In this document: positions 1 to 12,300 of the stretch, piece after piece | How the letters are laid out: every line of letters starts with the position of its first letter | How positions within the stretch are numbered: position 1 is the first letter of the stretch | Source of the DNA: Lingula anatina | Taxonomy: Eukaryota; Animalia; Brachiopoda | Reading direction: 5' to 3' | NCBI GenBank assembly: GCA_051362555.1 | Contig: CM120643.1 | Coordinates: 11,036,001 to 11,100,000 of the forward strand | Length of the DNA stretch: 64,000 bases | The notes under the pieces: generated by a model | The model's database searches: none | Told to the model about the DNA's origin: nothing | The model's input: the letters and a program-made list of their open reading frames with translations, nothing else | Translations under genes and position numbers: made by a program

Positions 1-62
1 AAAAGCACCATTCCGGCATTAAAGAATAATAAAAACACTCACCACTGTATTCCCGACTCTAG

Positions 63-305
63 TGTTAGAATATGCCTTCGTGTTAATTTTCATTCTCTCA
101 GGGAGAGGCCCAACTTATAGGTACACTTTCATTGTAACTGTCATCCGAAAGCGAACTTTCCCGAGAGACTGAACCAGCATCCGAATAATCGTCAGAAATT
201 TCAAATTCCGAATTGCTAGCGCCAGACGTAAAACGTGTCATTGATTAGTTTCCTTTGTTTTCCGGTGTGTACTCAGCTACCCCCGGAGATACATCAATAA
301 AACGG
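63..305 (+). CDS. Possible signal-peptide exons of the receptor (~63-120 and 277-305); start codon probably upstream of the window
   Basis: Donor at 121, acceptor at 276 and donor at 306 join in phase to give ..YAFVLIFILSGRGPTYS/YPRRYINKT/ECPQ, with a hydrophobic core. There is no in-frame ATG in the window. Confidence 0.45.
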
Positions 306-428
306 GTAATATCATGTAATGTGATTGACTTAGGAGTTAAGTAAGTGTAAATATTGAATATTCAAAATGTTTTCTAATGATCCCAAAAAGTGACCCCCAT
401 GCCTAAAACCTGCACTTTAATATTTCAG

Positions 429-1330
429 AGTGCCCCCAGGTAGGGGAGGTATACCCAGTGCAGAATGGGAACTGGAGTTGCTCGGGTTATAGGGATAACT
501 GGTTCAAGACGAAGTGTACACTGGAGTGCCTGCCTGGCTTTGTGGTCCCTGTGGCAAATGTTACCATGGAAAATGTTACCGTGGAAACGGTTACGGTGAC
601 ATGTGGAATACATTTGAACTGGACTGGTGTATCAGCAACAGCACCACAGTGTCTCCCAGTGCCTGGTAAGAGAGTGAGAGAGAGAGAGAGAGAGAGGGGG
701 GGGAGGGGAGGGAGAGAGAGAAAAAGGGGTAGAGCAGGCAGACAAAAGGACGAAAGACGAGAGCGTGTTAGGGAGGGTGGGGAAAGAGGTACAGCTTGTA
801 ACAATGTAATGAACATAAAATGTTCATGTTACTGAGACAACATTTTTGAAATAAAAATAAGCCAGAATAATGAAATGTTCTGAGAGTAAGAAGTGAAAGT
901 ACAGTGAGGCAAAGAGTCAATTATTTTGTTCTGTAGCATAATTAAAAAATCATTATTAAAACTGTGGAATATCATTTACTAATATTATTACATGTACTGT
1001 ACTAGTAACCTTATAGTGCGTCATTTTCCTTAAACCGCTGTCCCCTCTACAGAAACAACTACACCACAGGCAGCCATAGTACCAGTGACCAGCACTGTGG
1101 AACAAAGCACAACTACGGTTCACAATGTGAATTTATCATTGCCAGTCGTCCTGAGTAATATTACCATGACAACTGGTACAAGTTACACAACTGAAGGTGG
1201 CAGCACTGGTACTAAAGATGGAGGTCACACGGTCCCAGTTTTTCCAATAGTTGGAGGTGAGTAAAGGGGAAGAATATGGTCTTGTGCATTGCATTTCTTC
1301 AAGTGCACCAGCTGAGTTTTATTGATTGAT

Positions 1331-1369
<39 letters not shown>

Positions 1370-4300
1370 TTATTATTTTTTTTTTATTAACAAGATCAAC
1401 TACAGAAGTTATTTGCCTCATGGTCAATGCAGGTGGGTTGAGAATGTTGTTGTTGTTGTTGTTGTTGTTTTTCTTTACTGTATAATGGTGTTTTGAATAA
1501 TGCATTGGCAAGAAGCAGAAGTGAAAAAATGAATTTGTCTGATTTACATGATACTTATTCATGCCTTTACAAGGTTTACTGCAGACCAGGCTGGGTAGAG
1601 GGTGCTAGAGAGATTATGTTTCAGAGAGGAAGATTAACACACAAATACATGCACAAATAAAAGTAAAGCTTTCTTATTTTTTTCATGTGACTGTCTACGC
1701 AATGATTTCATACAGACATACCTGAATATGAGTAAGATGTGTGTACTTATTTATCAATAATGTATTGCAGGTGTGTTAGGATCACTGATAGCCCTGATAG
1801 TCTTGGCAGTCCTAATTTATGTAGTACGGAGGAAATGTTGTTACTCTCCAAATAAGTGCTTCGAAAGGAACTATTCACTTGGTAGGAAAATACTTTTGAT
1901 GAGAAAAACTTATATAGTTTATGCTTTTATTATGTAATTTTTTTACATGTTTATCAGTTATTTTAATTAATTGTTAATTTTTCTTTTCATTGACTGTTGC
2001 CTCATAGAAAATTGCACTGGTACATTTCGCTGTATTTCTTGATAATTTTTAAATGCTTACTTGATACTTACATAATTATATGTGTAGATAATTATTTTTC
2101 ATATCAAGAATAAATCATTTAAATGAATATTTCAGTTATGTGGTACTTCATACAATTTTTCTCATTCAGCTAATTCAGAATCAAGTGATGGCTCAGACAG
2201 TAAATTTGGTAAGTAGTTAAAATAGATTATTTTTAAAGCTTAAATATACATATTACAGGTAGAGTTTTTTAATTAAATAGCTGAGGAGTAGTGACCTATG
2301 AGCCATTTGAATGTTTTGCCGTTATGATACATGTATAATACTTTCAGCACTAGTACCCAATATTTGTGCAAAATTTAACCAAATGGCATTTTCCACTTTT
2401 TTCAAAATAACCATTTCATTTAAAACTTTTTATTTAATCTAAATTCATGTTTGACCTTCATTAAGGTGCTGTGAACATGTGATTATGAATGCTTTTTTTT
2501 TTTTTTTTTTTGCAACATTTGCACTGTTTATAAATAAATCTATATCCAGACAGACGTGTCAGCTCTAAACTGAATCCCACAATGACAATTTAATATATTT
2601 ACCTGTGATTTGATTTCTTCTGACCCCCCTGGGTAAACTTACAATGGGTGGGGTAGACAAAGGGGTGGGGTCTACAAACAAAGGGGCGGGGTCTGCAGAC
2701 CAAGGGGCAGAGTCTGAAGACAAAAGACTATTCTTATTTGTGGACCTCAGACTCTGTAGCGCTTGGCCTGCCATACTTTTTATGGGTGTAAACAATCTTT
2801 CTGGATATGCACCTATGCATTAAGTATATTTGTTCTTATTTGTTATTATATGCACAGTGTATATTTTCCAAACCAGTAAGAGTATCCTTTTTAAGCCACA
2901 GACTGGTCTATTCTGCCATTTTTCTAGGAATGGTGAAGGAATCTGAGTTTTGATTTGAAAAGGCAATAGAGAGGGGATGGGGGGGGGGGGGGGGAGACAG
3001 ACCCTCAAAGATGTCCACTTGTGAAATGCAAAGCACCTCATAATATAAGCCCTCACCAGTCGAACCTGTTTAAATTTCAACTAGTAATGAAAAGCATGCT
3101 CATGCATGCCACAGTTTGCTAGGCACATGCATCTGTGTATTGGTTTTTGTAAAGAAGAAGCTGACACCCACATTTATGTTGTCATCCTGAGTTATTGGAA
3201 GCATAGTCTACTTTTGTGCTGGAAGTAGAGGGCGTGTCAGAGATGAAAAGGTTTCCTCCTTTATGTTTTCAAACAGGGGTACAAAAAAAATCTGGATTTT
3301 GTGTGAAATGTTCAAAACTTGAAAATAAGGGCATCTGCCCCTCGCCCTGAGAGTTTGTTTCTCGTGCACCCAGAAACCCAGGATGACACTTATAAATGTT
3401 TAATGAAGATTATAGGCCAAGTGTATTGTGTTTTTGCATCCACAAGATTGCTGCATGCCTATTCTGAATGTTTTATTTTGACAGATAAAGACGCTAAAGA
3501 GGAATTATTACCCCCTAAGCCAGGTTTGTAAATGCCTTCCCTTAAGTGTTCTGTTTCAGTTTGGACACGTATTTGCATGGTTATTAATTTTGAAAACTTG
3601 GTTTACTGCATCTTTACATTGTTCCCTCTCTCTCTCTCGTTGTTAGTAGGTCATTAAAAGGAACCATAACAGCTGGGTAAATGACAAAAAAGATGATGTT
3701 GTCTCGACATACATATATATTGTTTTCCTTGAAACTTTCTGTCAAAAGGCAAGAATGAAAATAAAACATCCAAAAAACAAGAAATTAGTAGTGGATTTTT
3801 AAAAATTGGTATCATTTTGGTAATGTCTCAATCTTTTCAATGAGCAAATATTATCAAACTTTCAGATACATAATTTTATAATCACAAAATTATATTTCTA
3901 TATAGAATTTGTGGTATTAGAATTATGCACTTGTTTTTACTAATTCCTTGCTTATTCAACATTTAATTTAGTTAGGTTTGAAAAATTATTTGCTGCTGAA
4001 TGTTTCCTTTGGGTGATATCATGATATGCTTGAATTCAGATCAGTATTTGAAAGATAAAAAATTGACAAAGAATGATATATTTGGCTTCCTTCGATGGGA
4101 GTTACAGTAATGTTAATTAAAATGCTTCATGTGTTACCGTATGTAAATTGTAAGACTTCTCATTTGAGATATTTCACATCATTTGTGGCAAGTCCACCTA
4201 CATTGCTCTTTTTTTTTTTTTTTTTTTTGGGGGGAGGGGGGAGGGGGGCTTATAGTAAGAGCATTATTTTAGGAAAGATGTTTTTATTTCATTTATTGTG

Positions 4301-7300
4301 ATTGATAGCCACACTTCAAAAAGAAAAGTTCAATTGTCGTAATTCTATTTTGGGTGCATGGTTTTTCTTCCAGTAGTGGGTTTTCAGGATGTCCTAGTAG
4401 TACATGTATTTGACATTTATGCTTCTTATATTTTGTCCCAGTGCTTTTATTTATTTTTTTCTTATCATTGCCATTTGCCTCGTGTTTAATGTGTAGGGGA
4501 TGGAATGACTCATTCTCCGTCACTGTAACAAGTATAAATATCTATAGTGCTACTGGCATGTGCTTCATTAAACCAGACATCTTTAAATTATTACCAAAGT
4601 TTATGATGATTTGACAAAATGCATAAAATAAATTTCCATAATCAGTGTGATAAGGTGAATATTTATAGATATTTATAGATAATATTTTAGTCTTACATCA
4701 GAGATTCCCCATGCATTTTTATATGATTATTCTTTTCCACCCTCTTTTTATTGCAGGACTGACCAATGATGCCTGTCGTGTAGAAGAAGATGGCACTCCT
4801 CATTCAGTAAAACCAACTTCCCATATAATTAATGTTTACAGCCCAAATGTGACTATCACCTCTGATAAAGTTGACCAGTTTACTGTGCAAAAAGTAGAGG
4901 ACAGTCGTGTGCCATGCGACTCAGAAAGAAATGTACAAACATCAGTTGAGGACAATTGCTGTGTCGATTTTACCTCAGGTGACCTTGACCTATCTGAAAA
5001 GGTTGAATGTGAGGACACAAGTGCTCTTTCAGCTATGACATCTTTACCGTCATTTTCCTTCGAAAAAGGTGAATTGAGTCATATTGAGACCCCACGGAAA
5101 TCCTTAATGTATACTGGAGATGGAGAGGGTGATGGCAATTTCAGGTCTGATTCCACTGATGACTGGTCTTCCCCAACTGATAACAGGACAAGCACAAGAG
5201 ACAAACCACACAAAAAAGAAGTCCCATACAACTTACAATCGCAGTTGTCAGACGATAGCACAAAATCCTCAGAAAACGGAAGCAACAATAACAACAACAA
5301 AAAAGGTGGGATTAATATCAAGAAGGCGTCCAAAGTGAGAGCGAACCAAAAGACTGTGGTGTCAGGGAACGCGAGCCCAGAAGACCATGCGTTTGCCTCT
5401 GGTTACGACTTTGGAGGCATTAACATAGAAGAAGCAGACGATGTGGAGGCAAACCAGGAGCTCCATCTGGTGGGAGATCAGAGCCCAACTGAGGGACATC
5501 CACCAGGGGGCAGTAGTGTCAGGAAGCCTCCTGTTGGTGCAAGTTTATCTACAGTAGGTGAGTGAATGATTGTGATTTCAAATCTTGTTTGAATTGTTTT
5601 AAAAAATGGCCTCATATTTATATTCTTCCATTACCTTCTTCAGCCAGCCAAGGTTTTTATAAGTCACTCATTCTTTTTCTAACTTTTTCCTTCAGTTGTG
5701 CAATGTCCCATTCACCATATGCTTTTGAACATTGAATTATGAATTGATGTGTGTTATGGTCTTGTTTCTCAGACACCAGTACAGCTGCAGAGGGCCAGTC
5801 TGACTCCACTGTCCCCAAGTGTCCTCCTCCTACTGTTGGACCGTACTGTGGAGTAGCAATTCCCACAAGCCAAGTAAAAATTGGTAAGTAAGTGCAGAAA
5901 CAAAGTTGCTGTTAAACTGTTTGACCAGTAGTAGTCTCAGTTTTCTGTGTTTTTTCTTGAAGTGTATTGTGCCTGGAACTATTGTTACAGTAGTAAAATA
6001 AAGGAAATGGCTTAATCACTAAGCAATATCCAGAATTGTAAGTTGACATGCAACAGTAAGGATTTTGTATGGATGAGAAATTTAGCTAAAACTCAGAGAA
6101 GAGAAATAGTATTTAAAAAATGTGATATAGTACCATCATAGATTTACTGTATTTTCAATGGGCATTTCTGTATTCCCTTGTTTTGATTTTTTTATCATCG
6201 TGTTTATGATTTTAAACGAATGGTTTGTCTTCCTATCTAGGCTCAAGCACAAGTCTAGCTATAGTAAAACTGCCAAGTCATTGTAATGATGGCCGCCAAG
6301 AAATTTTCATCTGGTACCACCTGGCTTCAGCAACAGCTCTTTTTGGATCTCAGACCTACACCATCACCAGTGCCAGCCCAAAGGATTCTGGGAAATATCA
6401 CTGGACAGTTTTGCTAAGTGATGGAAGTTTATTTCATGGACTGGTTGAAGTGACAGTCACAGGTGACAGCCTTGACCTTTGACCCAATAAAAAACCCAGC
6501 CTTTGACCCTGGAACTTTCTAAGCTCCACCCACTGACCTTGACCTTTTTAGATCCCACCCACTGACCTTGATCTCACCTATATAACCTTGCTAAACTAAA
6601 TCCAGCAAACTGAGCCTCTTTCAACTATCTCAGGTTTTCTAGATTTGCTCTGTTTACCTTTTCAGCATGTTACTTAAAAAATATTGTTTTGGTAAAAAAA
6701 TTATGATGTTATTCTAAATCCAGTAACCATACACTGGAAACTTTATTTATTTAATTTTATATTTACTTGTTTGTTTGTTTAACATGCTTCAGGAGACCAG
6801 CATTCTGAGGACAACTTAATGCCGTCAAAGACAGCTGATGTCTCCATCCAGCCACTCACTGCCAGTGGAGGACAGAATAGGCTGATAGAAGGTACTGGAA
6901 ACAGCAGTTCATTATCATGTAGAGCCTGAAGTGGTCTAATGCTGGACAAAGGCCTTGGCAAAAATTAGTAACATGGTTTCTGCTACTTGTAGAGTATTGT
7001 ATGTATATCTGAAGCATTCACTTCAAACCTTTCAAATTCTTTATATACTTAAGAAGGTCTGTGTTTTGTGACAAGTTTTGATATTTCCCCTAAAATTTCA
7101 CACATTTCTTAATTGTCAGGACATTGGCCAATATTGCAGCCTAGTTGAAGCATTCAATGCCAAAATAAACAAAAGTATAAAGTTGAAAACCATATTGTTT
7201 ATTTTAGGCTCTTCTGGCAGCCTCCCCCAGCCTGGGCTGACCTTTGACTTCCTGCGTCTTGTCACAAACATGAATCCCCTCCTGGTTCCAGTCAACGGAA

Positions 7301-9359
7301 TCAGGAACAGGACCCATGGTCAGAATTGTGGTCAGCCAGGGGGCAGTACTAGTCAAGGCACAGCTAGTATACACCAAAAAAGTGGTAACTGGGACCTTAG
7401 TTTGCATGAAGGTGATCAGACTAAAGGACGCACAGATGGGAAGGACAAGTCAAGCTCTTATAGTTTGGACGCAGGGACACAAACTGAAGGTTTGGTGCCC
7501 AAGTGGGTCCACAGTGATAACAGTACTGGGTCAGAGTCTGCTGTAGGTGATCACTGCTTTCTACAGCTGGGAGACCCTTATCTCTCCTCTTTGTCGGACT
7601 TTGGCCAATGGTCATTTGCTGACCACTCCAGTGTAGACAGTGGATATGTACAGCTGGCTGCTGGACAGGGCGGATGCAGCACCATGGAGACAAATTTCAG
7701 TAGCATGTGTCCACCATCCTTGGTGACGTTATCCGACAGTTCACAAAGCTCTGTTGTGAGCAGCGACTCTGTGTACAATAGTGGAAGTGAAAACAGCAGT
7801 AGTTATGATAGCAGTCACTATGGAAACAGTCACCTTAGCAATCGTAGCCGTGACAGTGGAACTCAGACTGATTTATACAGTAATAGCCTGCAGCAGGATC
7901 AGACATTCAGAAAAGAGTTGATTAACTGTAGTGAGCACATGGGCAATCACAGTAATAACATTGATAGCAATGGGATAAGTTATATTGGAAATGGGGAAGG
8001 ATTGGCTATGGGTGCAAATGCTATAGAACTTGCAGATTTTCCCAAAGCAGAGGGTAGGATATGCTATTTTATGACACAGTATGATAAGATGTCAGTGTAA
8101 ATGTATAGATATTGTGCACTTAAGTCTTTACTTAGTCATTTTGAACAACTTGGTGATGCATTTAAATTATTATTTAATTTTTCAGATCTTTATTGTTATT
8201 TGTCTGTATCTCAAAAAGTGAAAATTATAGATACAGTATAATTTTTTAGCTGGGAAATCTAACACAAAGTTGAGCTGGAAAAAAGGAGTCTATGCCTAAC
8301 AGTGGCCTGTCCCTCCTTATGATAGGGAATACCTTGCGACACGGCTGTTTCATGGCATTATCAAAATTGATTCAGTGAAAAGAATTTAACAGTGGTTTTA
8401 AAATACAAGTAGTTATCACAGAGCTGACAAGGAAGTTAAAGAATTATAGTTTGTCACTGTTCATTTTCCTTTTCTAAATTGTGTATTTTCTTTTCTCACT
8501 GTCAGATTCCAACAGTTGCACCATGCTCCTCTCAGAGCTGATGGAATGCAGGGAATTCGTGGATGATTTCTGTATACTGATGGACCCAGACAAGAATTGG
8601 GAAGAAATGGCAGCCATTTTGTTCAGCTTGCCTCCACATGTACTGAAGTATATAGAGTGAGTGTCGATATTTGTAGGCAGGGGAGTTTGGAAAAAACCTA
8701 TTTTGGTTGGAAAAGGGTTTTTTTTTTTTTTTTTTTTTCTTTTTTTTTGTATCAAAGTTTGTTCTGGGTTCAAGTTGGGCCTATTAAAACTTAAGAGAAC
8801 AAGTTGACTTTTTTCAGTTAAGACCCCCCCCCCTCTGAAATAATTGGCTTCAGATCTATCAACTGGCTGCATCTAAGTCATATAACAGATGGATGCTTCT
8901 GATTCCATGGGGTTGGGCCTTGAACATTTAAAGATGTGACCTTTTCACATATGGTTTTTCCATTACAGTGTTCCTTCTCTTCATGTGATACTTTTATTTC
9001 TGCACTCCCTTATTAACTAATTTACGGCCCTAGTTCTGGCTAACATGAAAAAAAATCATAAACTGAGGAAAAAAATGATTTGTTTCATTTTCTGAGTCCA
9101 TTTTTTTGTCCCACATTTGACTTGACTACAAGTCTAGGACTTTCTTTGCAGTTTTAAGACGCGTTACTTTGGTTACTGCACCGAGGTGGCATTGGACAAA
9201 GCCATGGCTGAGAACACGGGGTTCAAGGTCAGTCAGCTGGTACTCTGGCTAGTCATACGGGGTCACGGTCAAGCCGTAGAAGTAATCCTTCGCCACCACC
9301 GTGACTGCCACGTGTGCTCCAAGATGGCTGCTGTTCGTAACCAGGAGGTCTATGTGTAA
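429..9359 (+). CDS. Multi-exon type I membrane receptor: Sushi/CCP - Thr-rich stalk - TM - disordered tail with amyloid-like repeats - Ig-like domain - Ser-rich region - death domain (~1020 aa; 5' end uncertain)
   Basis: GT-AG exons that join in frame: 429-665, 1053-1256, 1771-1881, 2170-2208, 3485-3523, 4757-5557, 5773-5883, 6241-6462, 6793-6891, 7208-8053, 8506-8656, 9152-9359 (TAA). Sushi: ECPQ..NGNWSC..TKCTLECLPGF..VTC..NW..APQC. TM: VFPIVGGVLGSLIALIVLAVLIYVV-RRKCC. Death-domain pattern: FVDDFCILMDPDKNWEEMAAILF..TEVALDKAM..FKVSQLVLWLVIRGHGQAVEVIL. Confidence 0.85.
2625..2725. repeat. Short ~21-bp G-rich tandem repeat (ACAAAGGGGYGGGGTCT-like) in a receptor intron
   Basis: 3-4 degenerate copies visible. 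Confidence 0.55.
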
Positions 9360-12300
9360 CAGAGAGGACTCTGATGACAGCTGTGGTTTTATTTCAAGAT
9401 GGCTCTTCTGTGTGTTGAACATATATTTAAACGCCAGTGGTGACATCTGGTGTCAGAGTGAGGTGCAGAGAGACAATCCAAACAGGGGTCATTATTAGAG
9501 GACAAAGCAGTTTTACCGTGAATTTAAATCATGAATGATTTACCGACTTTATGGTGTTGTGATTATAAATGTATGATTGTGATTTGTTTTAATGTAAGAA
9601 CTACATGTACAATGTACCTCTATGCATCTTGTTCTTTATAATTACAGAGGGATCCTGGGAAATCTTACTTAACACAGTGATAACAATCAAGATGGACAAG
9701 ATACTTATTTTCTTACATGTATCTCTTTTTTTTGTTAGTAATGGACACATCTTATGATGTAAGACACATTTGATATGTTATAGCATTTTTTCTGCTAGAT
9801 AGTCTGCATCATGGGCCATTGTTACATGTAGGATGCATCTGATTTACAGTACACATTTGATGTCAAACAAGTTAAAAGACCACATTTTTGAAAGTAGCTC
9901 AAGCAAATTGACAGGATTTTAAACAGATGTTTAAGAGAATTTCCATTATCCGTAGATACTAGGTACTAGTTTATTTTGATTTGGATTGGTAGTTTTTTCT
10001 TGATAAATAATACAGTTGGGCTGCAAAGTTAAAGATACTGCTGGTTTTTCTTAAAGATGTTTTGTAAAGAACACCATTGTAGCTTTGTGTGTGATATGTT
10101 ACTGCTTTTAGTTAAGCATTCATATGGATACATTTGGCATTACAGTTGTTATTTGATATGAAATTATAGGAGAATGGTGGACTGGGAACCATTAGTTGTT
10201 AGATAATACCTTTTTGTACATACCACATTTTTATATGTATTTAATTCTGCTGGCAGAAGATGAAAGTGAAGAAAAGATTGATCTCTGCATCATAGCAGTT
10301 ACCATGTGGGTTGGGGGGAGGAGGTTATATCTTCACAAAGATATGCCTATTTTGATATACTCAGTGATAATAAACTCGGGACCGTAGCCAGAGGGTGGGG
10401 GGGGGGGGGGGGGTGAACGGGAAAAGGTCCAGTTTGGGTAATATTTAATTTAGGAACATGTGTGCACAAAGGTTTCGTGCTTAAAGGTCCACTTTAGGAC
10501 TCGTAGACGATAATTGCTGTATGCTATCATGAGCCTTAATAGATTTGGGAGCACGAATGCCCAAATTAATGACTAGGTCCACGAATTACGTACCCCAAGG
10601 TAAAATTTGTGGACACGAACTCGGTGTCAGAGCGGACCGTGTGTCGTAACAGTGTGCTTTTAATTCTACGTGACTTAAGTTCATAAACTCCTATTCCATT
10701 TATAAGGCCAGACTTTTCAAAAAAAAAAAAAACTTTACAATGGCTGTTTAGGGCCTAAATCTACTTAAGGCATTGAAGTGATTTATGAAGTATTCCAGCG
10801 AAAAGAGGTCAACTTCAGATTGAGAATTGTCGAGACAGCAGTGTGATTGAAATCAGCCCTTAGCAATGTATGAACACATATGCTTCAATGAGGTACCATG
10901 CATAGTTTGCACATGTATATGTGCATAAATGAGAATAATTGACGTTGGATACATGTAATAAATCCACTGTTGAATAATTTGTGGAAGGTGTGGAAATAGA
11001 AGAACCATTAGAGGATATGAATCCACCCTGGCTGAACGTTTGAATATTAATGCTAGTATTAAGTAATAAGAATCATGAAAATGTAAAATAAATCACGGAA
11101 CGTATCATGAGGATGCTTGGTGAAGTTTTACGACGACTGAATTAAAAAAAATAGTGATCTTGGAAATGCATTTCGAAAGCGAGTTTTGAGTAATAGGATA
11201 CGGTGAAATTGATGAAAGGTATCGAAAGAAAGATAAAAATTCCACTGCCTTGCTGACAACACTGGTTAGGATCTAGGTTGAATGAATGATTGGATATGCA
11301 ATTTATAAGCTTTTAATTTTATAATTTTGAATATTCTGCTTTCATTTCCATAATTACTAGTAGCTGCGCAAGACTGAAAAATGCATCAATGTGTTAAGGT
11401 CATTAAAATTGTTCCATTTCTGTCGCCCAATACGCAATTGTCAATTCTTTACTTGTGATGCTGTATTATGTATGTTGGAGAAACGATGCAAGTTTTAAAA
11501 TTGCTTAAATGTCATTGAGAACATGAAATGTTCATATCGTGTGAAACGTTTTTGTGTAGGACTTTTCTACGGTGTATGAATAAAACTTCTCCAGGCAATG
11601 TCTAGGTTGTTTGTATTTTATGAAGTATTCTTGCTGGTGAGTCGGGAAGTAGGAAGTTGCAGGCTCAGAGTTTGTATTGACCGACGTGAATGACAATATA
11701 AAAGAATGAAAAATGAAAAATTATTATACTGGAGCCTTATTATACTGAAACGGATATCACTTTTCAACCTTGTCACAAGGCCTTCAGTCAGGTGAACTGA
11801 TTTAGAGTTGTGAAATAAATCGTGAAGACGAGTTTGTCTTATTAGGGAAATGATCGATATCATAAGGGAGACGCGTTTACAGCTAACCATCAAAACAGCG
11901 GTTATTGCAATTATTCTGGAATCTCAGAAGAATATCACGAAAAGCCAAACTTTTTAGAAAAAAAAAACATGGACATGGACCCTTTGGTAAGTACAGGAAA
12001 ATCGTCGTTTACCCCAGGAGAATTTGTTTTTTTACCAAAAAGAACACTTGCTATCCCTTTAAAACCAGCAGTAAAGATGCAGTTACAGTTAGCCTATTTA
12101 GTGAACTTTACATTGTACGTATAATACTTGTATACATATACTTACCTAGCTAGTCAACTTCTCCATATGGACCTTAAATTCTACTTTTGTAAATGCTTCC
12201 ATGTTCTCATCATGCTCTCATCTATGCTGTCATCAGATTTCCCCGAGCTTTCTTAGAAATAGAATCTTTCACGCCACTGTTATAACTTGAAACGGTCTTT

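Noticed and set aside
120-265. NF-kB/ISRE-like sites near the receptor 5' end
   Set aside because: Imperfect matches to short motifs, and the TSS is unknown.
10700-11590. Possible highly decayed LINE 3' end
   Set aside because: Only vague motif traces; cannot be supported without a search.
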